64,000 nucleotides of DNA from Patescibacteria group bacterium (GTDB taxonomy: Bacteria > Patescibacteriota > Patescibacteriia > UBA9570 > JAHJKD01). Positions 38,223 through 49,600 of this stretch are shown piece by piece (the first letter of the stretch is position 1; the number at the start of each line of letters is the position of its first letter). A program made the translations under genes and the position numbers. The notes under the pieces are model-generated. The model ran no database searches, had not been told where the DNA came from, and saw only the letters and a list, made by a program, of their open reading frames with translations. The DNA lies in the NCBI GenBank assembly GCA_018822435.1, contig JAHJKD010000003.1, positions 1,208 to 65,207 of the forward strand, read 5' to 3'.

Positions 38223-39117
38223 ATTTTTAAACAAACAATTCAACGGCCCACTGGTTTTAGCATCAGGCGTTTTAGGCGTGAACGCTTCTTCTTGGGGCAA
38301 TGTGAATAAGCACGGAGCTGGAGGGATTACAATTAAGTCTTGCTCACTACAACCAAGAGAGGGCCATCCCAATCCGACCATGACAGGCACAAAGCATTAT
38401 TTTATTAATGCGGTTGGTCTTTCTAATCCTGGTGTGGAAGAGGTTGTAAAAGAAGTTGAGGTTTTTAGAAAAACTAATAAGACGCCTTTAATAGGCAGTG
38501 TGTTTGCCGGATGCGTGGAAGATTTTGGGAAATGCGCTAAAGCTTTGGCAGAATCTGCAGTCGATTTTATTGAAATAGATATTTCATGCCCCAATGTAAA
38601 ACATGAGTTTGGTGAGCCGTATGCTTTTTCTCCGGATGCCACAAAAAAAATTACTGCTGAAGTAAGAAAGCAAGTAAAAAAGCCAATCATCATAAAATTA
38701 TCAGCTGATGCGCCCGATATAGTAGCTGTGGGCAAAGCGGCTGAAAAAGCCGGAGCTGACGCCTTGTGTGCCATCAACACGATGTCTGGCATGGCTATTA
38801 ACGCGGAAATGGCCGCCCCTGTGCTCTCTAATGTCCAGGGCGGCGTATCTGGACCGGCGATCAAGCCCATGGCCCTGAAAGCAGTCTGGGACCTTTATGA
38901 AAATGTAAAAATTCCGATTATTGGAACGGGCGGAGTAACCTATGGGGTTGATGCAATAGAAATGCTCATGGCCGGCGCAAGTTTAGTTGGAGTTGGTTCG
39001 GCCGTGTATTTTAGAAAAATTGATGCTTTTAAACTGATCAATGAAGAGATCGAAGACTTTATGAAGAAAAATAATTACAAGACCATTAAGTCAATGATTG
39101 GGGCGGCGCATAAATGA
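38209..39117 (+). CDS. pyrD: Dihydroorotate dehydrogenase, family 1B catalytic subunit
   Basis: LASG, NAVGLSNPG, ISCPN, GGVSGPAIKP. Confidence 0.95.
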   Translation: MTTVKFLNKQFNGPLVLASGVLGVNASSWGNVNKHGAGGITIKSCSLQPREGHPNPTMTGTKHYFINAVGLSNPGVEEVVKEVEVFRKTNKTPLIGSVFAGCVEDFGKCAKALAESAVDFIEIDISCPNVKHEFGEPYAFSPDATKKITAEVRKQVKKPIIIKLSADAPDIVAVGKAAEKAGADALCAINTMSGMAINAEMAAPVLSNVQGGVSGPAIKPMALKAVWDLYENVKIPIIGTGGVTYGVDAIEMLMAGASLVGVGSAVYFRKIDAFKLINEEIEDFMKKNNYKTIKSMIGAAHK

Positions 39118-39893
39118 GTGAAATAAAAGTATATAAAATAAGGAAAGTCAAAGATGAAACACCTTTCATGAAGACTTTTACGTTTGTTGGAGACCTAGGA
39201 GCAAAACCTGGCCAGTTTGTAATGGTTTGGATCCCGGGTGTTGATCAGAAGCCGTTTGGAATTTCCCGGCAAACTAAAAATGAATTTGATGTGTCTGTTT
39301 TAGTGCGGGGTAAGTTTACTAAAGCGATGTTCAAACTTGAAGCAGGGGATAAATGCGGAATATCCGGACCATTTGGAACAAGTTTCAGTTTAGTTAAGAA
39401 TAAAAAAGTAGCAGTAGTCGGTGGTGGATGTGGCATGGCGCCCCTTGGTTTCTTAATTGATGAGCTTAAAAAAAATAAATGTAAAGTGACCATTTATAAC
39501 GGTGCTCGGTCAATTGATAATGTCATGTTTGTAAATAGGTTTAAGGATTCACAATTTTGCACAGGTGATGCTACTCTTGGGCATGAAGGCTATGCGACTG
39601 ATTTATTGGAAGGACAAATTGGCAAACTTAATCCGGTTATGGTTTATTCCTGCGGTCCGGAAATGATGATGCAGGTGGTTTGTGAAATTTGTTCGGAAAA
39701 TAAGGTGCCATGTGAAGTTTCCATGGAAAGATACATGAAATGCGGATTTGGTGTTTGCGGTCAATGCGTAATGGATCCATTAGGGATTCGTATGTGCACA
39801 GAAGGTCCGGTGATATCTTGCGAACTTACTAAAAAATTGGCTGAGTTTGGAAATTACTACCGGGATAAATCAGGTAAAAAAGTAAATTTTTAA
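39114..39893 (+). CDS. pyrK: Dihydroorotate dehydrogenase electron transfer subunit
   Basis: PGQFVMVW, GGGCGMAP, CGP, MKCGFGVCGQC. Confidence 0.93.
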   Translation: MSEIKVYKIRKVKDETPFMKTFTFVGDLGAKPGQFVMVWIPGVDQKPFGISRQTKNEFDVSVLVRGKFTKAMFKLEAGDKCGISGPFGTSFSLVKNKKVAVVGGGCGMAPLGFLIDELKKNKCKVTIYNGARSIDNVMFVNRFKDSQFCTGDATLGHEGYATDLLEGQIGKLNPVMVYSCGPEMMMQVVCEICSENKVPCEVSMERYMKCGFGVCGQCVMDPLGIRMCTEGPVISCELTKKLAEFGNYYRDKSGKKVNF

Positions 39894-39901
39894 TTTAAAA
39901 T

Positions 39902-40501
39902 ATGGATAAAAAAGAATTGATTTTAAAACTGGCAGATATTAATGCCATTAAATTTGGAGAGTTCACATTAAAATCAGGCATTCAGTCGCCGATTTATATT
40001 GATCTGCGCGTGATCGTATCTTTCCCTGAAGTTTTAAGGGCAGTATCTGATGAGATGTGGAAGAAAGTTGAAGACCTGGATTTTGACATGGTTTGCGGCG
40101 TGCCTTATACGGCCTTGCCTATTGCTACGGCTATTTCCTTAGATCATGATATACCTATGGTAATGCGAAGAAAAGAAGTGAAGAAATATGGCACGAAGCA
40201 GGCTATAGAAGGAATATTTGAACCAGGCCAGACTTGCCTGATTGTGGAAGACTTGGTAACTTCAGGTTCAAGCGTGTTTGAGACAATAGAACCGCTTGAG
40301 GCGCAAGACATCAAAGTGAGAGATGTCGTTGTGCTATTAGACCGCGAACAAGGCGGCCGGCAGAATTTGGCGGAAAAAAATTATAATTTGCATTCTGTAA
40401 TCACTATGCAGGAATTGCTGGATACGCTTTTAGAAGCCAATAAGATCGGGGAGGCCATGCATGATAAAGTCATGGAATTTATTAAACAAAGTCAAACGTA
40501 A
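39902..40501 (+). CDS. pyrE: Orotate phosphoribosyltransferase
   Basis: FTLKSG.SPIYIDLR, RRKEVKKYG, IVEDLVTSGSS. Confidence 0.96.
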   Translation: MDKKELILKLADINAIKFGEFTLKSGIQSPIYIDLRVIVSFPEVLRAVSDEMWKKVEDLDFDMVCGVPYTALPIATAISLDHDIPMVMRRKEVKKYGTKQAIEGIFEPGQTCLIVEDLVTSGSSVFETIEPLEAQDIKVRDVVVLLDREQGGRQNLAEKNYNLHSVITMQELLDTLLEANKIGEAMHDKVMEFIKQSQT

Positions 40502-40511
40502 TAATAATTCA

Positions 40512-40553
40512 AAATTTTGTAGAGACGCGATTAATCGCGTCTCTACAAAATTT
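40512..40553. repeat. GTAG...CTAC REP-like palindrome, 42 bp perfect
   Basis: aaattttGTAGAGACGCGATTAATCGCGTCTCTACaaaattt. Confidence 0.85.
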
Positions 40554-40566
40554 AAAAATAATAAAT

Positions 40567-41328
40567 ATGAAGTACGAAGATAGAATTACAACCACAACAA
40601 ACCCAACAGCGAAAAGATTATTTGAATTGATGGTAGAAAAAGAAACAAATTTATCTGTGGCAGCGGATTTGACATCAAGCCGGGAGATTCTGGATTTGCT
40701 GGATAAAATCGGACCGGAAATTTGCGTGGCTAAATTACACGTGGATATTATTACTGATTTTACCCCGGAATTTATTGATAAGCTGATGGCGCTAAAAGAG
40801 AAACATAACTTTTTAATATTTGAAGATCGCAAGTTTGCTGATATTGGCAATACTGTGAAAATGCAATACAGTGGCGGTGTTTATCATATAGTAGACTGGG
40901 CGGATATTACTAATGCTCATACCGTGCCTGGTCCGGGAATAATAGAAGGCATGAAAGAGGTGGGATTGCCAAAAGGCCGAGGTTTATTATTACTGGCAGA
41001 AATGACACCAGAAGGTACGTTAGCTAAGGGCAAATACACAAAAGAGTCTATTAAAATGGCGCAAGAGAACGAAGATTTTGTAATTGGATTCATTACCACC
41101 AAGAAACTGATTAATGATCCGAAATTCATTAATTTTACTCCTGGAGTTAAGTTTGGCGGTGGCGGAGACGCCCTTAAACAGCAGTATAATACCCCGGAAA
41201 AGGCCATAAAAGGCGGTTCTGACGTGTTAATTGTAGGAAGGGGCATATATCAAGCTGATAACCCTCAAGAAGAGGCTAAGAAATATAAGGAAGAAGCCTG
41301 GAAAGCTTATTTAGATTCTACCAGCTAG
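40567..41328 (+). CDS. pyrF: Orotidine 5'-phosphate decarboxylase
   Basis: KLHVD, FEDRKFADIGNTV, PG, QY, IVGRGI. Confidence 0.97.
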   Translation: MKYEDRITTTTNPTAKRLFELMVEKETNLSVAADLTSSREILDLLDKIGPEICVAKLHVDIITDFTPEFIDKLMALKEKHNFLIFEDRKFADIGNTVKMQYSGGVYHIVDWADITNAHTVPGPGIIEGMKEVGLPKGRGLLLLAEMTPEGTLAKGKYTKESIKMAQENEDFVIGFITTKKLINDPKFINFTPGVKFGGGGDALKQQYNTPEKAIKGGSDVLIVGRGIYQADNPQEEAKKYKEEAWKAYLDSTS

Positions 41329-42588
41329 AGAAAATGATTCAGCTTTAGTAATTTTAATGTCAATAAACCGGCCGGCCAAGCGTCGGTTTTTTGGTGCTTT
41401 AAACCGCACAGTGACCATGCCTTCAGTGCGGCCGAGCCAATGGTCTTTGGAATATTTTTCCACTAATATTTTTTGGATCGTGCCGACTAATTTTTTGTTA
41501 TGATCCAGGGCGGTTTTCATGAGGATTGAAGTTAGCTGTTTTTCTCTGCGTTTTTTTTCTAGCTGGGAAACATTATCTTTAAGTTGAGAGGCGGCCGTGC
41601 CGGGACGGACGGAAAATTGGGCTGTGAAAGCCATATTGAATTTTAATTCTTTGAATAACTTAGCTGTGTCTTCAAATTGTTTTTTAGTTTCACCGGGAAA
41701 ACCTACTATGACATCAGTAGATATGGATACATCAGGAATTTCTTGCCTAATTTTTTTATATAGATTTTTATATTGAGCCACAGTATAAGGCCGGTTCATT
41801 TTTTTTAAAACAGCATTGCTACCAGACTGGACTGGTAAATTTATTTGATTACAAACGTTTGGATATTTAGCAATCACTTCAATTAGTTCGTCAGAGAAAT
41901 CTTTTGGATGCGGAGAAGTAAATCTGATCCAGGGGCGGGAATAGGGATTACCGCTTTCAGTTAATTTTGCGATTTTTTCAAGCAGGGTAGGGAAGTCTAT
42001 TTCTGTTTTTTTATCCAAACCGTAAGAATTCACATTTTCTCCTAAAAGTGTAATTTCTTTATAGCCTTTTTTAATCAAGTTTTTCACTTCTGCGATAATG
42101 TCTTTTGATGGCCGTGATTTTTCTCGTCCACGTGTATAAGGAACGGCACAATAAGTGCAGTAATTATTACACCCAGTAGAAATAGGCACATAAGCCTGAT
42201 ATTTAGAGATATAATCAGGATCGATTTTTAAATAGTTTTTTGGAAATTTAATATCAGTTTGTTCAAGAAATTTTGGAATTTTATTAATTTCCTGAAGATC
42301 GATAATAAGATCGAATTTTGGCTTGAATTTTTGGATATCATGATCCAAAACGCAGCCGGTCAATATGGCAATAAGTTCGCCTTTTTTTTGTCGCTTAGCC
42401 CACCAGCGGAATTTTCCGTAAACCCGGTCTATGGCAGATTGACGCACCGAGCAGGCAACCACGACGATCAGGTCGGCTAATTTATCGTCATCAGTTTTTT
42501 TATATCCTAAGGACTTAAGAATTTTTTCAATTCTTTCTGCATCGGATTTGTTCATTTGGCAGCCTAAAGGCCATATCCAATATTTCAT
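41311..42588 (-). CDS. miaB: tRNA-2-methylthio-i6A37 methylthiotransferase
   Basis: GCQMNKSD, CSVRQSA, GCNNYCTYC, IVGFPGET, TRAM domain. Confidence 0.93.
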   Translation of the reverse strand: MKYWIWPLGCQMNKSDAERIEKILKSLGYKKTDDDKLADLIVVVACSVRQSAIDRVYGKFRWWAKRQKKGELIAILTGCVLDHDIQKFKPKFDLIIDLQEINKIPKFLEQTDIKFPKNYLKIDPDYISKYQAYVPISTGCNNYCTYCAVPYTRGREKSRPSKDIIAEVKNLIKKGYKEITLLGENVNSYGLDKKTEIDFPTLLEKIAKLTESGNPYSRPWIRFTSPHPKDFSDELIEVIAKYPNVCNQINLPVQSGSNAVLKKMNRPYTVAQYKNLYKKIRQEIPDVSISTDVIVGFPGETKKQFEDTAKLFKELKFNMAFTAQFSVRPGTAASQLKDNVSQLEKKRREKQLTSILMKTALDHNKKLVGTIQKILVEKYSKDHWLGRTEGMVTVRFKAPKNRRLAGRFIDIKITKAESFSLAGRI

Positions 42589-43724
42589 GGCTTCAAGTAT
42601 TTGAGAATATTGGATAGTAGTTTTTTATCAAATATTGAGGGAATAATATTTGCAGCCGAGGGATTCTGGACAGTGGCGGAAATGGCCTCAGCGCATTTTA
42701 ATTTATGCTGGGTCGTGATTTTTTTGAATTTATATTCAAGGGCGGCCCGGAACATGCCGGGAAAGACGAGGGCATTATTTATCTGGTTGGGAAAGTCGGA
42801 ACGGCCCGTAGCGATAATATACGCGCCAGCTTTTTTGGCTAAATCTGGCATGATTTCCGGCACCGGATTGGCCATGGCAAAAATGATCGGCTTGTCAGCC
42901 ATGGTTTTAATATGATGCGGCTTTAATATTCCTGGTGCAGATACGCCGATAAAGACATCAGCATTTTGAATGGCGTCATCCAGCTTACCTTTAATTCCAG
43001 ATTTATTTGATTTTTTGACAGCTAATTTTTGATATTTATTCATATGGTGGGCGACTGATGTTTCCAGAATGCCGAATTTATCAATTAATATGATATCGGC
43101 AGGTTTTTTTAGTGAAAGCAAGTTAAAAATTGCCAGTCCGGCCGCACCAGCGCCGTTTATCACTATTTTTACCTCACTCCATTTTTTACCGGTTAATTTG
43201 AGGGCATTGATAAGACCGGCCAGGGCAGCAATAGCTGTGCCGTGCTGGTCGTCGTGGAATACGGGAATATCAATCAATTTTTCCAAAGCATTTTCAACTT
43301 CAATGCATCTTGGCGCAGAAATGTCTTCTATGTTGATGCCAGCAAAAGTAGGTGATATATGGACTATTGTATCAATTATTTCTTTTACGTTCTGTGTGTT
43401 TAGAAGAATAGGATACGCATCGATATTAGCAAACTTTTTAAACAAATTCGCTTTGCCCTCCATTACTGGCAAGCCGGCTTCTGCGCCAATGTTTCCCAGG
43501 CCGAGAACGGCGGATCCGTCTGTGACAATGGCAATAGTATTAGGACGGTTAGTATAATCGTCTATTTTATTTTTATTTTTTTTAATCTCTTTACACGGAG
43601 CAGCCACACCAGGCGTGTAATACAAGGAAAGGTCCTCTTTTGTGCGTAAGGGGACCTTGTTTTTTATCTCAATTTTTCCTTGATATTTTTTATGCAAGCT
43701 TAGAGCTTTTTGATCCAATTTCAT
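42585..43724 (-). CDS. NAD(P)-dependent malic enzyme
   Basis: YTPGVA, DGSAVLGLG, HDDQHGT, GAGAAG, TGRSDFPNQINN. Confidence 0.95.
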   Translation of the reverse strand: MKLDQKALSLHKKYQGKIEIKNKVPLRTKEDLSLYYTPGVAAPCKEIKKNKNKIDDYTNRPNTIAIVTDGSAVLGLGNIGAEAGLPVMEGKANLFKKFANIDAYPILLNTQNVKEIIDTIVHISPTFAGINIEDISAPRCIEVENALEKLIDIPVFHDDQHGTAIAALAGLINALKLTGKKWSEVKIVINGAGAAGLAIFNLLSLKKPADIILIDKFGILETSVAHHMNKYQKLAVKKSNKSGIKGKLDDAIQNADVFIGVSAPGILKPHHIKTMADKPIIFAMANPVPEIMPDLAKKAGAYIIATGRSDFPNQINNALVFPGMFRAALEYKFKKITTQHKLKCAEAISATVQNPSAANIIPSIFDKKLLSNILKYLKP

Positions 43725-45435
43725 CTTTTAATCTTTTTATAAATTTGGCTTTTGACATTTTAACAACTTCTTTTTTCCCACGGATACGGACATGCAGATC
43801 TTTTGACTCCATTTCTTTGTCACCAATTACCAACATATAAGGAATTTTTTGTTTTTCCGCCAGCCTGATTTTATTGCCGACAGTTTCGTTTTCCAATTGC
43901 AATTCAACTCTCAAGCCGTCCGCTTCAAATTCTTTGGCTAGTTTTTCACAGAATTTATTATGATCAGATCCGACTGAGGCGATGGAAATATGCACTGGCG
44001 CCAGCCAAAGCGGGAAGTCACCGGCATAATTTTCAATTAAAATGCCCAAGAACCTTTCTATGCCTCCAAGGACAGTACGATGGATCATTAATGGCCGTTC
44101 TTTTTTGCCTTTTTTGTTTATATATTCTATGTCGAATCTTTCTGTCAAATTGAAGTCAACCTGGATGGTGCCTGTCTGCCATGTGCGCCCGAGGGCATCG
44201 GCATTATGAAAATCTATTTTAGGGCCATAAAAAGCGCCGTCACCCGCATTGATTTTATAATCAACTTTTAATTCTTTCAGAACTTCTTCCATTTGTTTTT
44301 CCATTTTTTCCCAGGCTAATTTTTCACCAATGAATTTTTTTGGCCGAGTGGAAAGCTCTACATGATATTCTAGCTCAAAAACTTCATATATCTCTTTATA
44401 TAATTTAAACATGGATTTTAATTCAGCCTTTAATTGAGATGGTTCCAGATAAATATGAGCGTCATCTTGAGTGAATTGCCTGACTCGAAATAATCCGGCC
44501 AGGACCCCGGATTTTTCATGGCGATGGACTAACCCTAGTTCAGCAATGCGCAAAGGAAATTCTCGGTAAGAATGGGATTTTTCTTTATAAAATAATAAAC
44601 CACCGGGACAGTTCATGGGTTTGATGCCCCAAGTCTGGCCTTCCACTTCAGTGAAATACATATTTTCTTTATAGTTATCAAGATGGCCGGAAATTTTCCA
44701 AAGTTCTGACGTTAAAATTTGTGGGGTACGAATTTCTTTGTAACCAGCTCCATGATGCACTTGACGCCAATATTTGATTATTTCTTCCCAGATAGTCATG
44801 CCTTTGGGATGTATAAAGACCATGCCTGGGGCTTCTGGATGAAAAGAGAATAAATCCAGTTCTTTGCCGATTTTGCGATGGTCTCTTTTTTCCGCTTCTT
44901 CTATTTTTTCTAAATAATCATCTAGTTGTTCTTTGTTTTCAAAACCGACACCGTAAATGCGTTGGAGCATTTTATTCTTTTCATCACCGCGCCAATAAGC
45001 GCCGGCAATTTTGGTGAGCTTAAATGCTTTAAAAGGGATTTCTTTAGAAGATCTTACATGAGGACCGGCACATAGATCAATAAATTCTCCTGATGCATAA
45101 AAAGTGACTTTTTTTTCACCATCTTTTTTCAAGCCTTCTATCAGTTCTTTCTTATAAGGCTGGCCTTTAACTTTCTTCAATGCATCAGTAATGGTTGCTT
45201 CTTCTTTTTTGAATTCAATGTTCCGGGCAATCGATTTTTTCATCTGTTTTTCTATTTTTTTGAGGTCCTGAGGGACAAGAGGGCGATCCAGTTCAAAATC
45301 ATAATAAAAGCCATTTTCAATAGTAGGACCAATACCGAGCTTGGCTTCTGGAAACTGTTTTAAAACAGCGTCAGCCATTACATGGGATAAGGAATGGCGT
45401 ATTTTTTCCAGTTGTTTTTCGTTATTGTCTTTCAT
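43690..45435 (-). CDS. thrS: Threonine--tRNA ligase
   Basis: RHSLSH, DLCAGPH, RDHRKIG, KPMNCPG, FYGPKID. Confidence 0.97.
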   Translation of the reverse strand: MKDNNEKQLEKIRHSLSHVMADAVLKQFPEAKLGIGPTIENGFYYDFELDRPLVPQDLKKIEKQMKKSIARNIEFKKEEATITDALKKVKGQPYKKELIEGLKKDGEKKVTFYASGEFIDLCAGPHVRSSKEIPFKAFKLTKIAGAYWRGDEKNKMLQRIYGVGFENKEQLDDYLEKIEEAEKRDHRKIGKELDLFSFHPEAPGMVFIHPKGMTIWEEIIKYWRQVHHGAGYKEIRTPQILTSELWKISGHLDNYKENMYFTEVEGQTWGIKPMNCPGGLLFYKEKSHSYREFPLRIAELGLVHRHEKSGVLAGLFRVRQFTQDDAHIYLEPSQLKAELKSMFKLYKEIYEVFELEYHVELSTRPKKFIGEKLAWEKMEKQMEEVLKELKVDYKINAGDGAFYGPKIDFHNADALGRTWQTGTIQVDFNLTERFDIEYINKKGKKERPLMIHRTVLGGIERFLGILIENYAGDFPLWLAPVHISIASVGSDHNKFCEKLAKEFEADGLRVELQLENETVGNKIRLAEKQKIPYMLVIGDKEMESKDLHVRIRGKKEVVKMSKAKFIKRLKDEIGSKSSKLA

Positions 45436-45445
45436 ATATTTTTAG

Positions 45446-45483
45446 ATTTTGTAGTGGCACAGCGTGCTGTGCCACTACAAAAT
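45446..45483. repeat. GTAG...CTAC REP-like palindrome
   Basis: atttt-GTAGTGGCACAGC-gt-GCTGTGCCACTAC-aaaat. Confidence 0.85.
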
Positions 45484-45493
45484 AATAATTTGA

Positions 45494-46621
45494 TTAAGTT
45501 TGGAGATCTCGAATTTCAAAATCAATCTGGTTTTCCATGAGTGGTGATGTCTGTACCCAGAAAGGAGAGAAGTCAACTTCCACCTGATCGATTTCAGCAA
45601 AGTTGTTAAAATATTTTTTTATGGAATTTTTTGTTTTATTGGTGATATTGCTTTTATCTAAAATTGAATTTTTTCCATTAATTTGTTTGGTGCCGTGGAC
45701 TGTAATTTTAATAACAGCATTTTTACCATCTTCGTCTATGCTTAAGACGGCATATTCGATGTTGTCCATGGCTGGAGATGTTACAAGGGTAGTACCAAGG
45801 TCTAAATTTTCTTCTAATTTTTTCGTGGCTACTTCCAGGAATTTTTTTTCATTGAAACTTATATTGGAGACTTTAATTTTTTCATAAACTTCTAATGAAC
45901 TGACTTCATCACCAACTTCATGGCTGACATCTGACTCTACTATTCTTTTTTCAACAGTATTTTCTTTTATATTATCTGGATGTTCCGCTTCAGCCTTTAA
46001 ATTTTCAATGGCTTCATCAGCTAGCTGCTTAGATAATTCTTCGGATGCTTTTTTAATATCATCTTCAGTAACAATAGCAACTTCCGTCGTGCCGCCTGTC
46101 ATGGCTTGAGTGCTTTCTCCATAAATAGATTGTTTTTTTGCGGCGTTAAGAGCGACTACTTCGAATGTGGACGGGCCAATATCTCCTTCAGTGCCTGTGA
46201 CGTCAGCCAAGACATTAACATCAACACTGCCGCCAGCCGGAGCATTTATATTTTCCTGAGTTCGGAAAAGGACGCCCTCCTTGGAAAGTAGGCGAGTGGT
46301 GGCCACCATAGGCTGATCAGCGGAATAGTTATTGAAAATCGTTACAATTCCACTTGCTCTGCCCTCACCCTCTATAATAGTAGTTTCTTTGAAGCCGGTA
46401 TAAATTTTTGTGCCTTCTACTTCAGTTTCTGATATTTCACCATCCAGATCGTTAAGAGTGACCTGAAAAGAGGCGGTTTCTTCAATTTGAGCCGGGTAAA
46501 TAATAATTTTAGTCTGAGCAAAGGCAAAATAGCCGACAAAAAGCACAAGAACAATACTGAGGCTGATAAAACCCCAGACTATTTTATTGTATTTTTTACT
46601 AATTTTACCCTTTTTTAACAT
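45494..46621 (-). CDS. Membrane-anchored hypothetical protein, baseplate-J-like domain typical of CPR
   Basis: One TM; ASGIVTIFN, TTRLLS..GVLFRT, GDIGP, MTGG, SPFW motifs. Confidence 0.6.
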   Translation of the reverse strand: MLKKGKISKKYNKIVWGFISLSIVLVLFVGYFAFAQTKIIIYPAQIEETASFQVTLNDLDGEISETEVEGTKIYTGFKETTIIEGEGRASGIVTIFNNYSADQPMVATTRLLSKEGVLFRTQENINAPAGGSVDVNVLADVTGTEGDIGPSTFEVVALNAAKKQSIYGESTQAMTGGTTEVAIVTEDDIKKASEELSKQLADEAIENLKAEAEHPDNIKENTVEKRIVESDVSHEVGDEVSSLEVYEKIKVSNISFNEKKFLEVATKKLEENLDLGTTLVTSPAMDNIEYAVLSIDEDGKNAVIKITVHGTKQINGKNSILDKSNITNKTKNSIKKYFNNFAEIDQVEVDFSPFWVQTSPLMENQIDFEIRDLQT

Positions 46622-46628
46622 ATGAAAA

Positions 46629-49600
46629 TTATACCAGAATTACCGAATCTTGGCCAAGCAAACGATTTATGTCAGAAATTACGTCCTGGGATGATCTAAT
46701 ATTTGTATTTATCTCTTTTCCATCAACATTTAAATATACGGCGTAATTCCCCTTATTTTTAATAAGTAAATTGCGTATTTCGTTAAAAAGCTGTTTTTTT
46801 ACTCGGCTAGGCATAGTAATAAGTAATTTTGTGGCCATGGCCTGATCAGGATTAAATATGTCAGCCTGTTCCACAATTAGTTTAAGATCTCCTTCTTTGG
46901 CATCTAATTTGCCTTTTAGTTCGAGAATATTACCACTTTCCCAATAAGCCGGATATTCTTCTAAAGTCTTTGGGAAAACTATGGCTTCTATTTCTTTATA
47001 CTGATCCTCAATTGTAACAAATAACATAGGATCGCCTTTGCGCGTAAATATTTTTTTACTGGTGGTAACGACCGCGATAATATTAATGGACTCGTCGCCC
47101 AGATATTTAGGCAATTCAGAAAAAGGTATGGATCGATCTGCCAATATTTCCTTGTACTCGTTAAGGGGATGGTCAGAAATATAAAGGCCAAGTAATTCTT
47201 TTTCCCAGCCTAATTTAATTTTTGACTCAACTTCAGGCGCCTCTGCTAATCGAAGTTTAGGCAGATTATCAACCGGGAACTGGCCAAATAAATTTGTCTG
47301 GCCAGAAGCAGCTTCGTCTTTGGCGTTTTTAGAAAAGGCCAGTAAAGATTCGATATTCGATAACATCATATTTCTTTCGCCGAATTCGTCCAGGGCGCCG
47401 GTTTTTATTAATGATTCTAAAGATTTTTTATTCAAATCTTTGTCTTGTACCCTGGTAAGAAAGTCTTCTAAGTTATTGTAGGGGCCATTTTCTCTTCTTT
47501 CTGCAATTATAACTGATATTACATTGGCACCGACATTTTTAATGGCTGATAATCCAAAACGGATGCGGGGATTTTTTTCCTGCAGGCTTTCTTTAACAAC
47601 CGTGAATGTAGAGAAAGATTCATTGATAGAGGGCGGCATTACATTAATGCCCATATCTTCAGTCTCTGAAACTTCAATCGCGATACGATCTGTATCACCA
47701 TGATCACTGGTGAGTAAGGCAGCCATGAATTGGGCGGGATAATTTGCTTTTAGATAAGCGGTCTGGTAAGCGATCATGGCATAGCAGGCACCATGAGAAC
47801 GGTTAAAGCCGTAGCCGGCAAATGGTTCAATAAATTCAAAAACTTTTTCTGCGACTTTTTTTGAAACACCGTTCTTGACTGAGCCAGCAATAAATTTTTC
47901 TTTTTGTTCGGCCAGCAGTTTTGGAATTTTTTTAGCCACCGCTTTTCTAAGTACGTCAGCCTCACCCAAAGAGTAACCAGCCAGATCCTGCGCAATTTTC
48001 ATGACCTGTTCCTGATAAATGGCGACGCCAAAGGTTTTTTCCAAAATTGGTTTTAAGGAGGGATGCAGATAATAAGTTTGTTTCAGACCTTTTTTGCCTT
48101 TGATGTAATCAGGGATCCATTCCATAGGACCAGGACGATAAAGGGAAACCATCGCAATAATATCTTCGAAATCGGTCGGTTTGAGGTCTCTTAAATATCT
48201 TTTCATGCCAGATGATTCCAACTGAAATACTCCGGTAGTAGCCGCTTTTTGAAGCAACTCAAAGGTCAATTTATCCTCAAGTGGAATTTGATCTATGTCG
48301 ATTTTTTCACCAATAGTTTTTTCCACGATGCTCAAAGTGTTTTCAATGATAGTTAGGTTTTTTAAACCTAAAAAGTCCATCTTGAGAAGACCAAGGTCTT
48401 CAACCGGATGAAGTGAGTACTGGGTAGTAATAGCCTGATCATCCTGAGAAGGGTATTGCAGAGGGACTAGTTTAGTCAGGGGTTCTTTTGTAATAACAAC
48501 TCCGCAAGCGTGGGTGGAAGAATGCCTGGCTACGCCCTCTAATTTTTTAGATAAATCTAAAAGTCTGGTGGCGTCTGGATCGTCTCTATATATTTCTTTT
48601 AATTCAGGGACTTTTTTTAAGGCTTGATCAAGGGTGGTGAACATCGGAATTAATTTGGCAATCTGGTCACAATAGCTATAGGAAACGCCAAGGACACGGC
48701 CAACATCTCTTACGGCTGCGCGGGCAGCCATGGTTCCGAATGTTATTATCTGGGCGACTTTGTCTTTGCCATATTTTGATTCTACATAACGGATAACTTC
48801 GTCGCGCCGGGTATCAGCAAAATCAAGATCGATATCAGGCATGGAAACTCTTTCCGGATTCAAGAACCTCTCAAATAAAAGCTCATATTTTATCGGATCA
48901 ATATTAGTGATACCGGTTAGGAAAGCAACAATAGAGCCGGCGGCTGAGCCACGGCCCGGCCCGACCACAATGCCTTGTTCTTTGGCCCAGTTTACAAAGT
49001 CAGCGACGATCAGAAAGTAAGAAGCAAAGCCTGTATTTTTAATAACATCAAGTTCATAGTCCATCCTTTTTTTTATTTCATCCGTGATATTTTGGCCGTA
49101 TCTTTTTTCCAAGCCCTTAAAACAAATATTACGAAGTTGTTCATCCGGGGTAATGCCTTCAGGTAATTCAAAGTGGGGGAGCTGGATCTTGCCAAGTTCG
49201 ATTTCCAGATTGCATTTGTCGGCAACCTCCTCCGTGTTTTTAACAGCGTCAGGCATATCCTTGAACCATTCTTCCATTTCTTTTTTAGTCTTCATGGAAA
49301 AATCTTCACCCACCATTGACAGACGATCCTTGTCGTCCAGTTTTTTCTTGGTCTGGATGCAGACAAGGGCATCCTGGGCAGCGTCATCTTCTGGATCAAG
49401 ATAATGGACATCGTTGGTAGCAATAAGTTTCAGATCCATTTCTTCGGCTAGTTCTTTTAAGATTGAATTTACTTTTTCTTGCTTATCAATTGATGGGTTA
49501 TGCTGAACTTCCAAATAGAAATCTTCTTTAGGAAAAACTTCTAAATATTTATTGATTGCTTCCCTGGCTTTTTCTTTGCCATGAGCAATAATAGTTTTTG

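Noticed and set aside
43690-45435. Short ThrS lacking the N-terminal TGS domain
   Set aside because: Common variant; catalytic and editing motifs are intact
45494-46621. Prophage suggested by the baseplate-J-like gene
   Set aside because: Isolated between thrS and dnaE with no other phage genes
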